From: Camelus dromedarius
Lineage: Eukaryota
DNA length: 64,000 bases
Reading direction: 5' to 3'
Assembly: GCF_036321535.1 (NCBI RefSeq)
Contig: NC_087437.1
Coordinates: 106,332,001 to 106,396,000 of the forward strand
This document shows positions 39,912 to 51,836 of this stretch, piece after piece (positions within the stretch are counted from its first letter, which is position 1; every line of letters starts with the position of its first letter). Below the pieces are notes generated by a model. It did not search any database and was not told where the DNA came from. It saw only the letters and a list, made by a program, of their open reading frames with translations. The position numbers and the translations under genes were made by a program.

Positions 39912-40038
39912 ACATAAAGTGTTTTTTAGACTGAAACTGGAAAAGAAACTGGGTCTGCCTCTGTTTCCCCACCCTAAATTGCACTGAATATTTCATGTCT
40001 GTAACCATCTTTCAAAGAACACTCTTGCCCAGCGTCAT

Positions 40039-40053
40039 TTTATTTAATTTATT
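40039..40053 (-). terminator. APP: APP proximal poly(A) signal cluster (AATAAA-ATTAAA-AATAAA)
   Basis: Minus strand reads CATAAATAAATTAAATAAAA, the same cluster as the human proximal site. Confidence 0.8.
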
Positions 40054-40187
40054 TATGGAATACAGTGTAGAAAGCTATCATGGTCATAAGCAATGATTCT
40101 GTACAGTCATCCTGAAGAAAGTTTTTTTGGGGAGAATTCTTGGTTAATTTGAGACCAGCAGAGCACTCCCCCCACCCCCCGCCCGTA

Positions 40188-40194
40188 AAAGTGC
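40188..40194 (-). promoter_or_regulatory. miR-17/20a/106 family seed match GCACTTT
   Basis: Minus strand TGTAAGCACTTTTACGG. Corresponds to the known site in the human APP 3' UTR. Confidence 0.7.
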
Positions 40195-40434
40195 TTACAA
40201 TGAACAGGGAATTCTTTTCTTTATCAAAGATCCGAAGATACATGGACAAAAAAAAGTTTCAATTCTCAATGCCTAATGTGTGCACATAAAACAGGCACAA
40301 AGAAATAAACGTGTATCCTCATAATTCCTATATCACAAATATAGCGGAAGCAGCAATTTGTACAGTAAAATGCAATCGTGGAAAAAAAAATCCTCTAACT
40401 CATTTGGAATACATAAAAATGTTTAACTTTAAAA

Positions 40435-40441
40435 TGCATAG
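40435..40441 (-). promoter_or_regulatory. miR-153 seed match CTATGCA
   Basis: Minus strand GATCACTATGCATTTT. Corresponds to the reported human APP site. Confidence 0.6.
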
Positions 40442-40674
40442 TGATCAAGAAAAGAATACTTAGGCAAGAGAAGCAGCTAAAGTCCCACGTTCACATGAAG
40501 CATCCCCCATGGAGTCTTAAAGCATATTTCAAAGTAGGACTGAATTGGGTCACAAACCACAAGAATAATATACAACTGGCTAAGGGCTTACGTGATAAAT
40601 AATCAGGAGGGAATCTATTCATGCACTAGTTTGATACAGCTAAACTCTTTACAGGACACAAAACCCATTAATAA

Positions 40675-40703
40675 TGTAGTGTAGAGACCAAAATGTAAAG
40701 AGA
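40675..40703 (-). promoter_or_regulatory. APP 3' UTR 29-nt mRNA stability element (nucleolin/hnRNP C binding in human)
   Basis: Minus strand TCTCTTTACATTTTGGTCTCTACACTACA, about 200 nt after the stop. One base differs from the human element as recalled. Confidence 0.7.
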
Positions 40704-40901
40704 GAGAATACATTACTGATTTGTATATTAATTCAAGTTCAGGCATCTACTTGTGTTACAGCACAGCTGTCGAAAGGCGATAATGAGTAAATAATAAAAC
40801 AGAAGGGTTGCTTTCTTTCCACGTTATTCTGTAAATGAACACCGATGGGTAGTGAAGCAATGGTTTTGCTGTCCAACTTCAGAGGCTGCTGTGGCGGTGG
40901 T

Positions 40902-41033
<132 letters not shown>

Positions 41034-41196
41034 TTAAAAAAAAAGCAATCTTTTAGGAGTGATGCAATAAAAAGATAAGGTGCACTGTACTCTTCTTTTC
41101 CCAAGACTGCAGAACACCCACGATTTTCTCCTCTTTCTTCCCCACTCCGACGGCGAGCAGGACGCCTGTGCCCACCAGTTACGCAGATGCTCCATC

Positions 41197-41215
41197 CAGC
41201 CACCAGGTGGCGCCT
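41197..41215 (+). promoter_or_regulatory. Strong CTCF motif in APP intron 17
   Basis: cagccaccaggtggcgcct closely matches the CTCF core consensus CCACCAG(G/A)(G/T)GGCGC. Confidence 0.65.
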
Positions 41216-42261
41216 AAAACCTGGCCGTGCTGGATGGGCAGGCCAAGGGCTCGTTGGTTGCTTCCCTAACTTAACAGTAACCGGGATACAGGTAGGGCAA
41301 TACATATTTTCTTCTTCCCCTGTTGGCTCAAAAAAGGACAAAAGGCTCCCATGGAAGGCTGTTTTACTTGAATGTGTGGTGGTAAAATAGAAAAAAAAAA
41401 AAATCCCAGAGTATCATGGAGAGAGATTCAGCAGAGTGGAATGGGTGACACTCAAACCTGAACCACTGAGTGTTTTCCCATGCTTGCTTTAGTCTGTCCT
41501 CGTTTTCATTAAATATGCTAAAGAGACTCTTTTAATTAAAATAATGACATAACCATATCAAAGGGGTATTATTAAAAGATATAGAAAGAATATACTGTTC
41601 TAGATTACAGATTATCTTTTTTTTTAAACTGAGCACTAAGAGGTAAACTAGAAGTATGTCCAGCTAAAGGCTTGAACAGACCCCCTCTGCTGATACGGTG
41701 GCTCCTAGATCAGGCAGCAGTTGGAAACTTGTGTTCTCCCCCAGAGGGTCCTGCTAGGACCCAGCTTATCCCCCGGGAGGTGGGAAGTGGCTATTCAGGT
41801 TTCTAGTATGTTTGCTGTACCTCAGTCTACAGAAGAGTGGAAGTACTTGATTCTTTGCTGAGTAAATGAAAGCTTAGCTTTGTTATTGTAAGATTTCTCT
41901 TCTGTAAAACCACTGGAAGTAAAGAGAATCAACACAAATTTAATCAGAATGCAGCCACATCTTTTCCATAAAGCAGTTTAGATGTGCTGTCCAGAAGATG
42001 GTTTTTCCTTCAAATGGATGTCTTCTCTTCTGTACATGAGGAGATCGGGCTTCCTACATCATTTCTAGGAGAATACAGCAGGTCTGTTCCCCACTGCTGA
42101 GTGCTGCAAAGTGACGTTCAGTTCTTTAAGCAGCTTTCCCCACCAAACCCAACAATGCAAAAACACCAGAGAGCAGGTGTGTTGGTGCTAAGACACCAGG
42201 GCCAGGGATGGAGGGCAATTGATACACCAGGACTAGATCACACTGGCTAATAATTTAAACT

Positions 42262-43020
42262 GAAAGACTGGTGCAGTCACTATGGAAAACAGTCTGGAGG
42301 TTCCTCAATAAACTAAAAATAGAGTTACCATAGGACCCAGAAATTCCACTCCTGAGTATGTGTCCAAAGGAAACAAAAATCACTGTCTTGAAAAGACACC
42401 TGCACTGCCATGTTCAGTTCAACCTTACGTTCAAGGGCCAAGGCATGGAGGCAGCCTAAGTGCCCATCAAGAGATGAATGGATAAAGGAAATGCGATACA
42501 CACAGACACATACACACACTGGAATGTTATTCAGCCATAAAAAGAAGAAAATTCTGCCATTTGTGACAACACATGGATGAACCTTGAGGGCACTGTGCTA
42601 AGTAAAATAAGTCAGATGTAGAAAAAGACAAATACTGTAGGATTTCACTTATATGTGGAATCTAAACAAACCAAACTCACAGACACAGAGAGCAGAGTGG
42701 TGGTTGCAGGGTTGGTGAAATGGGTGAAGGGGGTCAAAAGATACAAACTTCCAGCTATAATACAAGTAAGTCCTGGCATGGATGTCATGTACAGCAGGGT
42801 GACTATAGTTAGCAATACTGTATTGTATACTTAAACATTGTTAAGAGAATGAATCTTAAAAGTTCTCTTAACGAGAAAAAAACTAAGAATGTGCAATTAT
42901 CTCAAGTGATGAATGTTAACTAAATTTATCATGGTGATCATTTTGCAACATATCAAATCATCATGTTGCCAACTTAAAACAAATACAATGTTACCTGTCA
43001 GTTATACCTCAATGAAACTA
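42262..43020 (+). mobile_element. L1 (L1MA-type) 3' end in APP intron 17, antisense to APP
   Basis: ctggtgcagtcactatggaaaacagtctggaggttcctcaa...gttaccataggacccag...gatgaatggataaag...cacttatatgtggaatctaaa...gttatacctcaatgaa. Confidence 0.88.
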
Positions 43021-43185
43021 GAATTATCTGGTTCCCCTAGGGTCACTTTGTATGACTCCACCTCATGGACTGATTGACTCCTTTGAATCTGGGCGTGGAT
43101 TGGAATGACCACCTTGGCTAATTACAAAGCAGCTGAAATAGGAAGATGTAAAATTCCCTCACGCTGCCTGCTATGTGCCGATTCA

Positions 43186-43311
43186 ATTTTTTTTAGGGGG
43201 GGAGTGGGGTGTAATTAGGTTTATATTTATTTATTAATGGAGGTGCTGGGGATTGAACCCAGGACCTTGTGTATGCTAGGCATGCACTATACCACTGAGC
43301 TCTACCCCCCC
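43186..43311 (-). mobile_element. Vic-1-type SINE in intron 17
   Basis: ggaggtgctggggattgaacccaggacc...accactgagctctaccccc with a taattaggt(ttat)n tail. Confidence 0.9.
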
Positions 43312-46300
43312 TTCAATGCCCTGATTCTTAAGTCCCCATCCACCATCTGGTCAGAGCTGCCCGCGTTCTCCTGCAGCAAGTCCTCAGGTTATTCCAATGA
43401 CACGCCTGAGCCTTTCCCCATAGAACAAAGCCACCAGCAAGCTCTTGCCAAGAGTTGGTCCTCAGAGGACACAGCACAAAGGGATGCTCAGCACCGCTGT
43501 CCCTGGGGGAATAGTCACAGATGTCTCCCCATCCCTTCCTCTTCCTTTGATCCACTCTGTTGTCAACAAATGAGGTCACCTTGCTTTAACTGGCAGTTGT
43601 GTCATCAGCCAGGCACTGATAAGTTAAAATGCCACCATTAACGACTGGCGCCGATAACGAGAAATTTCATTCCCTCTCCAAATTTGCTTTTGAGAAGCAG
43701 CCTGTGGGCAGCCATCTGGCATTCAAACTTGGGCATCTTTCATTCTGTGCCACCTCTTCACTGAGATTTCAAAGAATGTACAGCTTAAAAACAAAACAAA
43801 ACACCCAAAGGGCTGGTCCCTCTGGTCCTAACACAGCCTGGAGTAGAACTTTCGACCCCTCTTTGGCTAATGCCCTCTTCCTACCCCTTTCTCCCTAAAC
43901 TTGACTCTTCAGAACCATTCATTCTTTCACTACATCCAGAGGAACTTACAGCTCAACCAGTAGACTGCAGAGATAAAATTCTACTTGGGTCTTTCAGTTT
44001 TTAGCTCCCCCATCATGTCGTCTCTAGCGTGGGTACTTCAGGCTTGCAGCAGGGCCACTGAACACCGCATTTCAATTCTACGATGTATGGTAACCAGCAG
44101 GGTGTGTGCTGATGAATGTCCCTTTATACGTGGCCCTGAGTTAGGCTCCACAACTGAATCCCAGCCCCTAAGATTTTCCAATCCAGGTCCTTTAAGTGGA
44201 CAAAGAATGGAGAATAAGATAAACTAAATATGCAAAACAAGCTGAGAGTGCAAGAACATCAAAAACACCAGTGACACGGGACGGAAAGTACTGACAGAGG
44301 GACCAGCAGTGAAGTTGTCCAGCCACCCCCCCACCCCTCCCAGTAAGCGCACGGTGTTGGTTCTCTCCTCTGCTGTACACGTGTGCATTTCCTCAATTAT
44401 ATTTCCATCTCTTTATAAATAGTTCAGTTATATGTATTGCCTACCACCAAGTAAGTCTTCAGGCAAGCTCTGGAACTCCTTGGACCTTTCAGTTTCTCCT
44501 CCTGCTGTGCCTCCACTAAAAGCTGACTTTTTGCGAGGAAGAAAGGACCCATAAGGACATATGTTCATAATGCCACCCGTCTTGACAGCATCTTCATTAG
44601 AAAGAGTCCTCTGCCCTATCTCCATGAAAAGCTAAACAAGCAACTCTCTTCTTATTTGGATCATAAATGAGATGACTGGGGTGGGGTGGGGTGGGTGGGA
44701 GACCCCTGGTGTTCCAGCTCTCATATCTGTGAAAGAAAAATTTTTAATATCCTTCAATGAAGAGAATTTGTGCCCTCCCCTTCTTATGAAGGGTGATGTC
44801 TCCAGCTGGAAGGAGGTGTGGAAAGAGCTCCAATATATATTTTCAAATAGTGTCAACTGACATCAGTGTAGGAAAGGCCTGACTGCTACTGAACAGAACC
44901 TGGGGTCAGTGGGCTGTGCAGAACCGTATTCCCGCAGGAGCAGAGGTGGGGAATTCAGTGGCGGTGGGACCCTCAGCCGGCAGAGATGGGCACATGCGGG
45001 AAACAGTTACAAAGGGCCCTCGTGTCACTGATTCAGGCACAAATAAAGCCGCGTTGTCTTCTTGGGAAGCCGTGGCTGATGACATACAGAGAGAATCTCT
45101 GGCCTTGTAACTAAGCATAGCATTACATCCATAGGTATTGCTTATTTCTTAAAAATAAAAACTAGCAACTGCTCATTCCCAGCTGGTAACAGTTCTCTCA
45201 ATAACAGTCCTGGCTTGCTTTCACTTCCACATCTCTGTGATCTTCTGCAGGAATCTTCCCCTCTAAGAAGGACAGACTTCCTGGAGACCAAAGCTTTGGT
45301 CGTAAGTTCTCCTTCATGCACTGATAGTGTGAAGTATGACTGTATTCTGTCCTGAAGACTCGGGCCAGTCCCTCTGGAAATATCCACTTACTCATTTTTG
45401 TTCTTAGTGAAATAAACTGACTCATGAATGAAGCGGGTTCACCAGAGTTGGAAAGAAACTTACTTCCACATCCATGAATGTGAGAGCCTGCTGAGACAAG
45501 CAGGGATGTGTGTGGGAGGGGCCCCTGCACTCAGCACGGACTCTGAGAGGAAGGGTGTTAAAACCCTGCGACACCCTACATCCTCCAGGCCAGGTGACCC
45601 AGCCGAGGCTGGGCTGCAGCTCTTTGGGTCCGAGATGGACCACCCCAGTTAGACTATAACCTTCCTGAGGGCAGGGATGGTGACGGTAATCCTTCACAGA
45701 TGAAGCTCTGTCTCAACACAGCTCAACGCGGAGCTTGACAAAGCTTTACCTACTGACTGGAGAGAGAGGAAGGCCTCTCCCGGGAGAAAGGGATGGCTTC
45801 CAGGTTAAAGTAACATCCTTACTTTGAGGAAGAAGGAAGTGAGAGGAAATAAAGAAAAGAGACACAGAAGTTGGTGGGGCAGCCACTCTGCAGGTCCCGA
45901 GTTGTTCTCAAGTAGCTAACAAAATAAATCAAAAACTGCACCTCCTGGGAGTGATGGAAATGTGAGCTATCTTGTTTGTGGTGGCGGTTTCATGGGTGTA
46001 CACATCTATCAAAATGCACCAAAGTGTACGTCTGAAATATGTGTAGCTTTCTGTACAGGAACCACACCACAATGACGGTGTAAAAAAAAAAAGAGAGAGA
46101 GAGAGATAGACTGACAGCTGCCCTCCCTACAATTTTGCTCCTTCCAGGATGCCTTCTGGCTTAAAAATCAGTTTATTTATTCATTTTTTTTTCAGAATGT
46201 GTGTTAAAGCGTCAACTTCTCTAATATTCCAGAACCAAGGGGACTTTTCTGGTTAACTAACCAAAAGAAACACTGAACCTAGGCAGCTGCAAGGAGGCTT

Positions 46301-46607
46301 AAAAGGCAAGTTATCTTGGAGACCAGAGGTACCGTTTCCTACTCCCTAAGGTTTGCTCAGAAAACTGAAGGGACAGAGCGCTAACCCTGCACATCAGTGA
46401 TTCTCAAAACTGACTGCTTGTCTGAATCTGCTGTGAAGATTTTCTACACTCAGCTTTCCAGCCTCCTATTCAGAAATTCTGTTTCCCGGGTGTGGGGTAG
46501 GAACTAGGGATGTGGTCCTTTTCAATCAGTTCCTGGTAAGTCTTAGGCACCGACCCGGCGGAGAGCCCCCGAGGTGCCTTGCTATATGGCCCAGCTTCCC
46601 TGGGCTC

Positions 46608-46965
46608 TGTCATGGGCTGAGCTGTGTCCCCTCCAAATTCCTCTGCTGAAGTCCCAATCTGTGTACCTCACAGTACGATAGTGTTTGGAGAAAGGGTCTT
46701 TAAAGAGGTCATTAAGGTTAGATGAGGTCATCAGGGTAGACCCTAATCCAGTTAATTCTGGGGTCCTTACAAGAAGAGGAGATTAGGATGCAAATCTGTG
46801 CAGAGGTAAGACGATGTGAAGGCAGGGAAGCCAAGGAGAATGGCGGCCTCAGAAGAAACCAAACTGACCGACACCTTGGTCTCAGACTTCAGAATTGGGA
46901 GGAAATGAATTTCTGTGGTTGAAGCCACCCAGTCTGTGTTACGGCAGCCCCAGCAAAACAGCACT
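46608..46965 (+). mobile_element. MaLR LTR (MLT1B-like) in intron 17
   Basis: tgtcatgggctgagctgtgtcccctccaaattc...tttggagaaagggtctttaaagagg...ccctaatcca...gacaccttggtctcagacttc...aagccacccagtctgtg. Confidence 0.75.
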
Positions 46966-48135
46966 AGCTCTTGGTCCTTTGGCACCAAAATCAGGCACTT
47001 TGATAAAAAAGCAGCTGCCTCCTGGGTAGATTCACTAGTTCAAGGCAATGACAACACACGATTATATTAAAGAACCTGAAACAGGCTTCTATTCTGAATT
47101 ATTCTGAAAACAATTTTATTTGCCCAAACACGGCATCCAAATGAAAAAAAAATGTTTTGAGTAGAAATGAGATGAATGATAACAGTAGTAATAATACACC
47201 TTATATTGCTTGAAAGGACAGAAGCTCAGAAATACAATTACGAAAGCAAATACCCCACACTCGCTGACGTCACCGCTCATTTACATGCTAGCCCTCCAGC
47301 CTGCCAGTCGTCTTCTTTCACATCTTGCCACCTGTTTCCCGGCTTCATTCCTGTCACTGCTCTAAAGCTCAGCCTCACCAGGACGGACATGGGAAATAAG
47401 ACTCAAAACCAATTTCCACCAGCAGCTCCTGCAATCAAGCAGCCTGGAAGTTCTAAGTGCGGAACTAAATCAGGTTTCTGGCTTTGCCACAAATTTAATT
47501 TATTTAAACTGTTCCTGTCCTTCTATAACCAACAACGGTTTGAAGCACATTTCCTTGGGGCTAGTGAGACGTTTAACTCCCTGGAAACATCTGAACTTTT
47601 CTCTGATGGAAAAAAGCAATGGACAGGAGGTGGGGGAATCTGAACTCTGACCCCCAGTGCTACTGAATTTGACATGCACACTTCTTCTGTCTGGGTCTGT
47701 TTTCTCCTCTACAAAATGAGAAGAGCAATTAATTGATCACTGAGCTCTCAAACTTCTAGACCCCTTAAGATGTGTTAATTCACTTCCTCTAACAGTCCCC
47801 TGGAAACTACATATACTGTGAGGATCCCCACGACCAACGCTTCATTTTAAATGCGTGTAAGGATCTTATTTGCACATTTAATTTTATTTTTAAATATTTT
47901 GCATCGTGGGTTTCAGGGGTCCCACTGAATCTTGCTGCTTGCTCTGTTCTGTTGGTGTAACTCACTCCCTCTGCTGTACACACTCCTGTTTCTCACTGGC
48001 TGGGCCGCAGGGAGAAAGTCTCAAGGAAGTGTGATCGTCACTCTGCGGGTCTTCCCTCCACCCGCGGTGCCACTGCGCTCACAACTTGGAACTAAGGTAT
48101 TTCAGGTGGAAGTGCAGGGTAACAGGTTAAACATC

Positions 48136-48281
48136 TTTTTAAAAAACGAAAGTACAGTTGACTTACAATGTTGTGTTAGTTTCTGGTGTACTGCGTAGTG
48201 ACTCAGTTTTTATATATATATATATATAGTATATTTTTCATTCTAGGTTATTACAAGCTATTGAATACAGTTCCCTGTGCT
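48136..48281 (-). mobile_element. Short L1 3' end in intron 17
   Basis: aagtacagttgacttacaatgttgtgttagtttctggtgtac...taggttattacaagctattgaatacagttccctgtgc, flanked by aacatctt repeats. Confidence 0.75.
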
Positions 48282-48787
48282 TTTAACATCTTGAATAACC
48301 TTGCATGTTTGGCTCAGCCCTTTGGCACAATGTGATTTTCTGTGAAACTCTTTACTGAAAATTGTTTATTATTACCCGGCTGGAGCTAGAAGTCAGATTA
48401 TTTAAGATGAAAAAAAAAAAAGTCCAGGAATAAATGTGTTTAAATTTTTTTTTTAAAAGCAGCCTTCCACTTCCTTTTCCATTTGTAACTTCTGCTGTTG
48501 TTTTTTCTTTTAAATGTTTGATGGTGATCACAGTATCTTTAAGTCAGGCGTTATTATTAGTATTATTTTGATATTTCAGTACGAATTATAAGAAGTTAAG
48601 ACAGCAGCTTATATCTCCAGTGCCTTAATCAGAGTTATTTATAAGTCGGAATGAATAAAAAAAACCCAAAGCTAAGAAAACAGCTGCAATTTGAGCACCA
48701 TGCAGGAACACAGATTGTTTTTTTAAAAGAAAAAATATTTGTATGTGATTAGTCTAACACCAAGCAAGATTTCCTTCGTAGTCTTTA

Positions 48788-48982
<195 letters not shown>

Positions 48983-51671
48983 TCAAGAAAAAGAACTGTA
49001 ATTGCTGGAGATCTCTGACTGAGGTATGTGAAAAGTTTCAGTATATTCAGTATAGATTTTACACCATATGTTTGAGTTGTTGGTCGCTCAATTATCTGGT
49101 GTGTACTTGAAAAAAAACCCCACATTCTACTCACTAAGAATGACATTTGTAGTCTATAGAATGATGCACAATACGTGGCTTCTGTGGAATATGTGGCTTC
49201 CCCAGTTCTAGAAAGTCTATTTTCCCCCCTCGTATCTCTAGAAAGGCAAAACAGAAACCTGCAGGAACCTGAAACCCTTTAACAGGTGTGACATTTGGTA
49301 AGAGGGGGACCACAGCTCTCAGGTCTAACAAAAACTGGAAAGGAATGGATCATGACTATGAAAGGAGGTCGCAGCAGGTTTCAAAGGAGACCTGACACAT
49401 GACAGCTATGCTTTTCAAGCCTGCAGATGCCCTCCTTTCCTTAGAGGGATATTTTTAATACACAGTAGCAAGCATCCTGAAACAAAGAGTTAAAATTAAA
49501 CAGAAGAAAAAAGGCATCTTGTTACCTACTTTCAGCCACATGAATTCAGCAGGACACTAATTAACCTTGAGAAGCATAATGCTTAAAAGGCACTTCTTTC
49601 AAAGAGAAGAAGTTAGGAGGCAACAAGATAAGAATTTTAATAGCCACACATTAACACATGCTTTTCTACAACCTTGTTTCTAGAAACCCAACTCAAAATG
49701 TTGTTGTATCCCACTGTTTATTTGGGTTAAACATGAAAAGAATTTGGAGAACACTGTAAAGAAGAAATTTATTCAGTGATAAATTTATTGCAGTATGTTC
49801 CTTCATACTGTTTATGAAAGCAAGTCATTATTTTTCAACTTAATAGTTGAATGGAATTATAAAGGTGCACTGCAACTTTTATCATCTTGTTATGTAAGGA
49901 GATGATCTTATACCGGATCATCTGGCCTAACTACTACTGAACATAGACCACATCTGTTTGTATAAATGAATACAAATAGCTCTCTAAATAATTCTTTTAA
50001 TATAATCTCAAGATAGTAAAATGACAGACTAACATTGCTAAAACTAACATCCTAGCAATCTGAAAAGGCAAGATGAAATACAGCAAATGAAACACATTTC
50101 TAAAAGAGTTTTTACCGATGGTATCTGCCACAAAATTAGAAACTGTTCATAATTACTCCCCATTCTAAACAAATATGCTAGCTCAACTGCATTTATAAAA
50201 AGCAAATTATTAATCAGCTAATGACACAAGTACGAGGTAGTCAGAAATGAAGGCAAGCCTGGGCATCTTCCTCTGACTTTAAGAAAATACTGTAATTTTG
50301 TAATATTCATCGCACTAATTATAGTACATTATCTTATCAGCTTGTTCAGTAGAGGGAGCGGATTCTCTTAATTGCTGCCGCTGCCATCAGTCACTGTCGC
50401 GTTAGAGGAGTCAGTGGAATTGCGGAGATGGGGCTTTTATGACACAGGCACCAGAAAATGCAAAGCCACACGTTAATCTTGGGCTCTCTGCTCCCCCAGC
50501 TCCCAGTTCTTCAGCAGATGCCCCAGGTTTTTTTTTTTTTTTTTTTTTTTTTTATTCCTCTTTGGCATCAACCAGATCAAGAGGGCCCTTGATTCTGTAA
50601 TAACTGACACTGGATTAACTTGCCAGTGAAAACCATGCTTCAAAAAGCTCAACGTGCATTTACAAAAAAGATTATCGGGGGCTAAAATGCAAATCTGAAT
50701 CTCAAGTCCATTTTGGATTTGCCTCAATTGTTTGGAGTGAAAAGAGGCATACACTAGGCTTTCCAGGAATCTCTTTTGGAGTTTACCACTTGGATTTATA
50801 AATTTTAATTATGAATATTGGAAAAATAGTTTCCTCCGGAAAAAGGAGTTCACACACATAAAAACAAAGCAGTTGCCCGGGAGAGTCCTTCTCAAGTATT
50901 ACTGCTTTCAGAATTCTGTTATCATTTTTGTTCACTACTCCATGTGCCAATAAAATTGTCTTCTTTATTGATTTAAGCCACTTACCCTAACATAATGCAG
51001 GATTGCTTTATCTGAAGGTTTAGGTAAAGGATTTTATGTAACTACTGGAGCTACCTTTAAGGAGATGGGTGCGTTTTGATTTACTCCCATTCTAATATTT
51101 GGGGGGAGAAAGGGCGATTGTTTCTGAAAAGGAAGCTGCTGTCTTTCTTGCCCAAGCCTTCTGCTGAACAGCACTGCTGGGAACATCTTGCAGTGTAGCT
51201 CACCTACTGCCTTCCACCCACCTCCAGAGAGTCCCAAACATCCCACCCTTGTGGGGGGAATTTAAAAGGCAGGGAGGGGACGGGAGGGAGGGGCGAGGGA
51301 GAGGTGAGGAAGCCCAGGGGGAAGGTTACAAATGTGAATTTAACCAAAGGGCCATAAAAGCTGTTTTGTGAACCCAAGCAGTGTTAGCACCTGTTTATTA
51401 GAGATTTTGATTCCTTCACACAAACCTATTATAAACCTGATTGCCTAGAAAAACAGACTGGAAGTTAATTAAAATGGCTGCTAGAATACAAATTAATTCC
51501 ACTTTAAACCCTGCGTGGGCTTCGCTGCTTTCTAGACACAAAGAACTCCTATATAAAGAACCTGTTTTTGTATTTTCTTCATGTTGGCGTGATGATCCTA
51601 TAGGCCAGGGTTTTACTTTTGTTTCAATCTTTTCCTTAACTGGACTTCTGACCCAGGAGGAGCCAGAGTCA

Positions 51672-51836
<165 letters not shown>

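Larger units (their letters stand above)
39655..40901 (-). other. APP: APP 3' UTR (non-coding part of exon 18)
   Basis: Follows the stop codon and is collinear with the human APP 3' UTR as recalled (CAGCAGCCTCTGAAGTTGGACAGCAAAACC...GTATAAAATGGTGTTTTCATGTAAATAAA). The exact cleavage site is estimated. Confidence 0.92.

Noticed and set aside
47176..47643. Longest ORFs (155 aa here; also 30679-31134, 59298-59762, 17223-17660)
   Set aside because: Lengths expected by chance in 64 kb, no homology recognised, and some overlap repeats.
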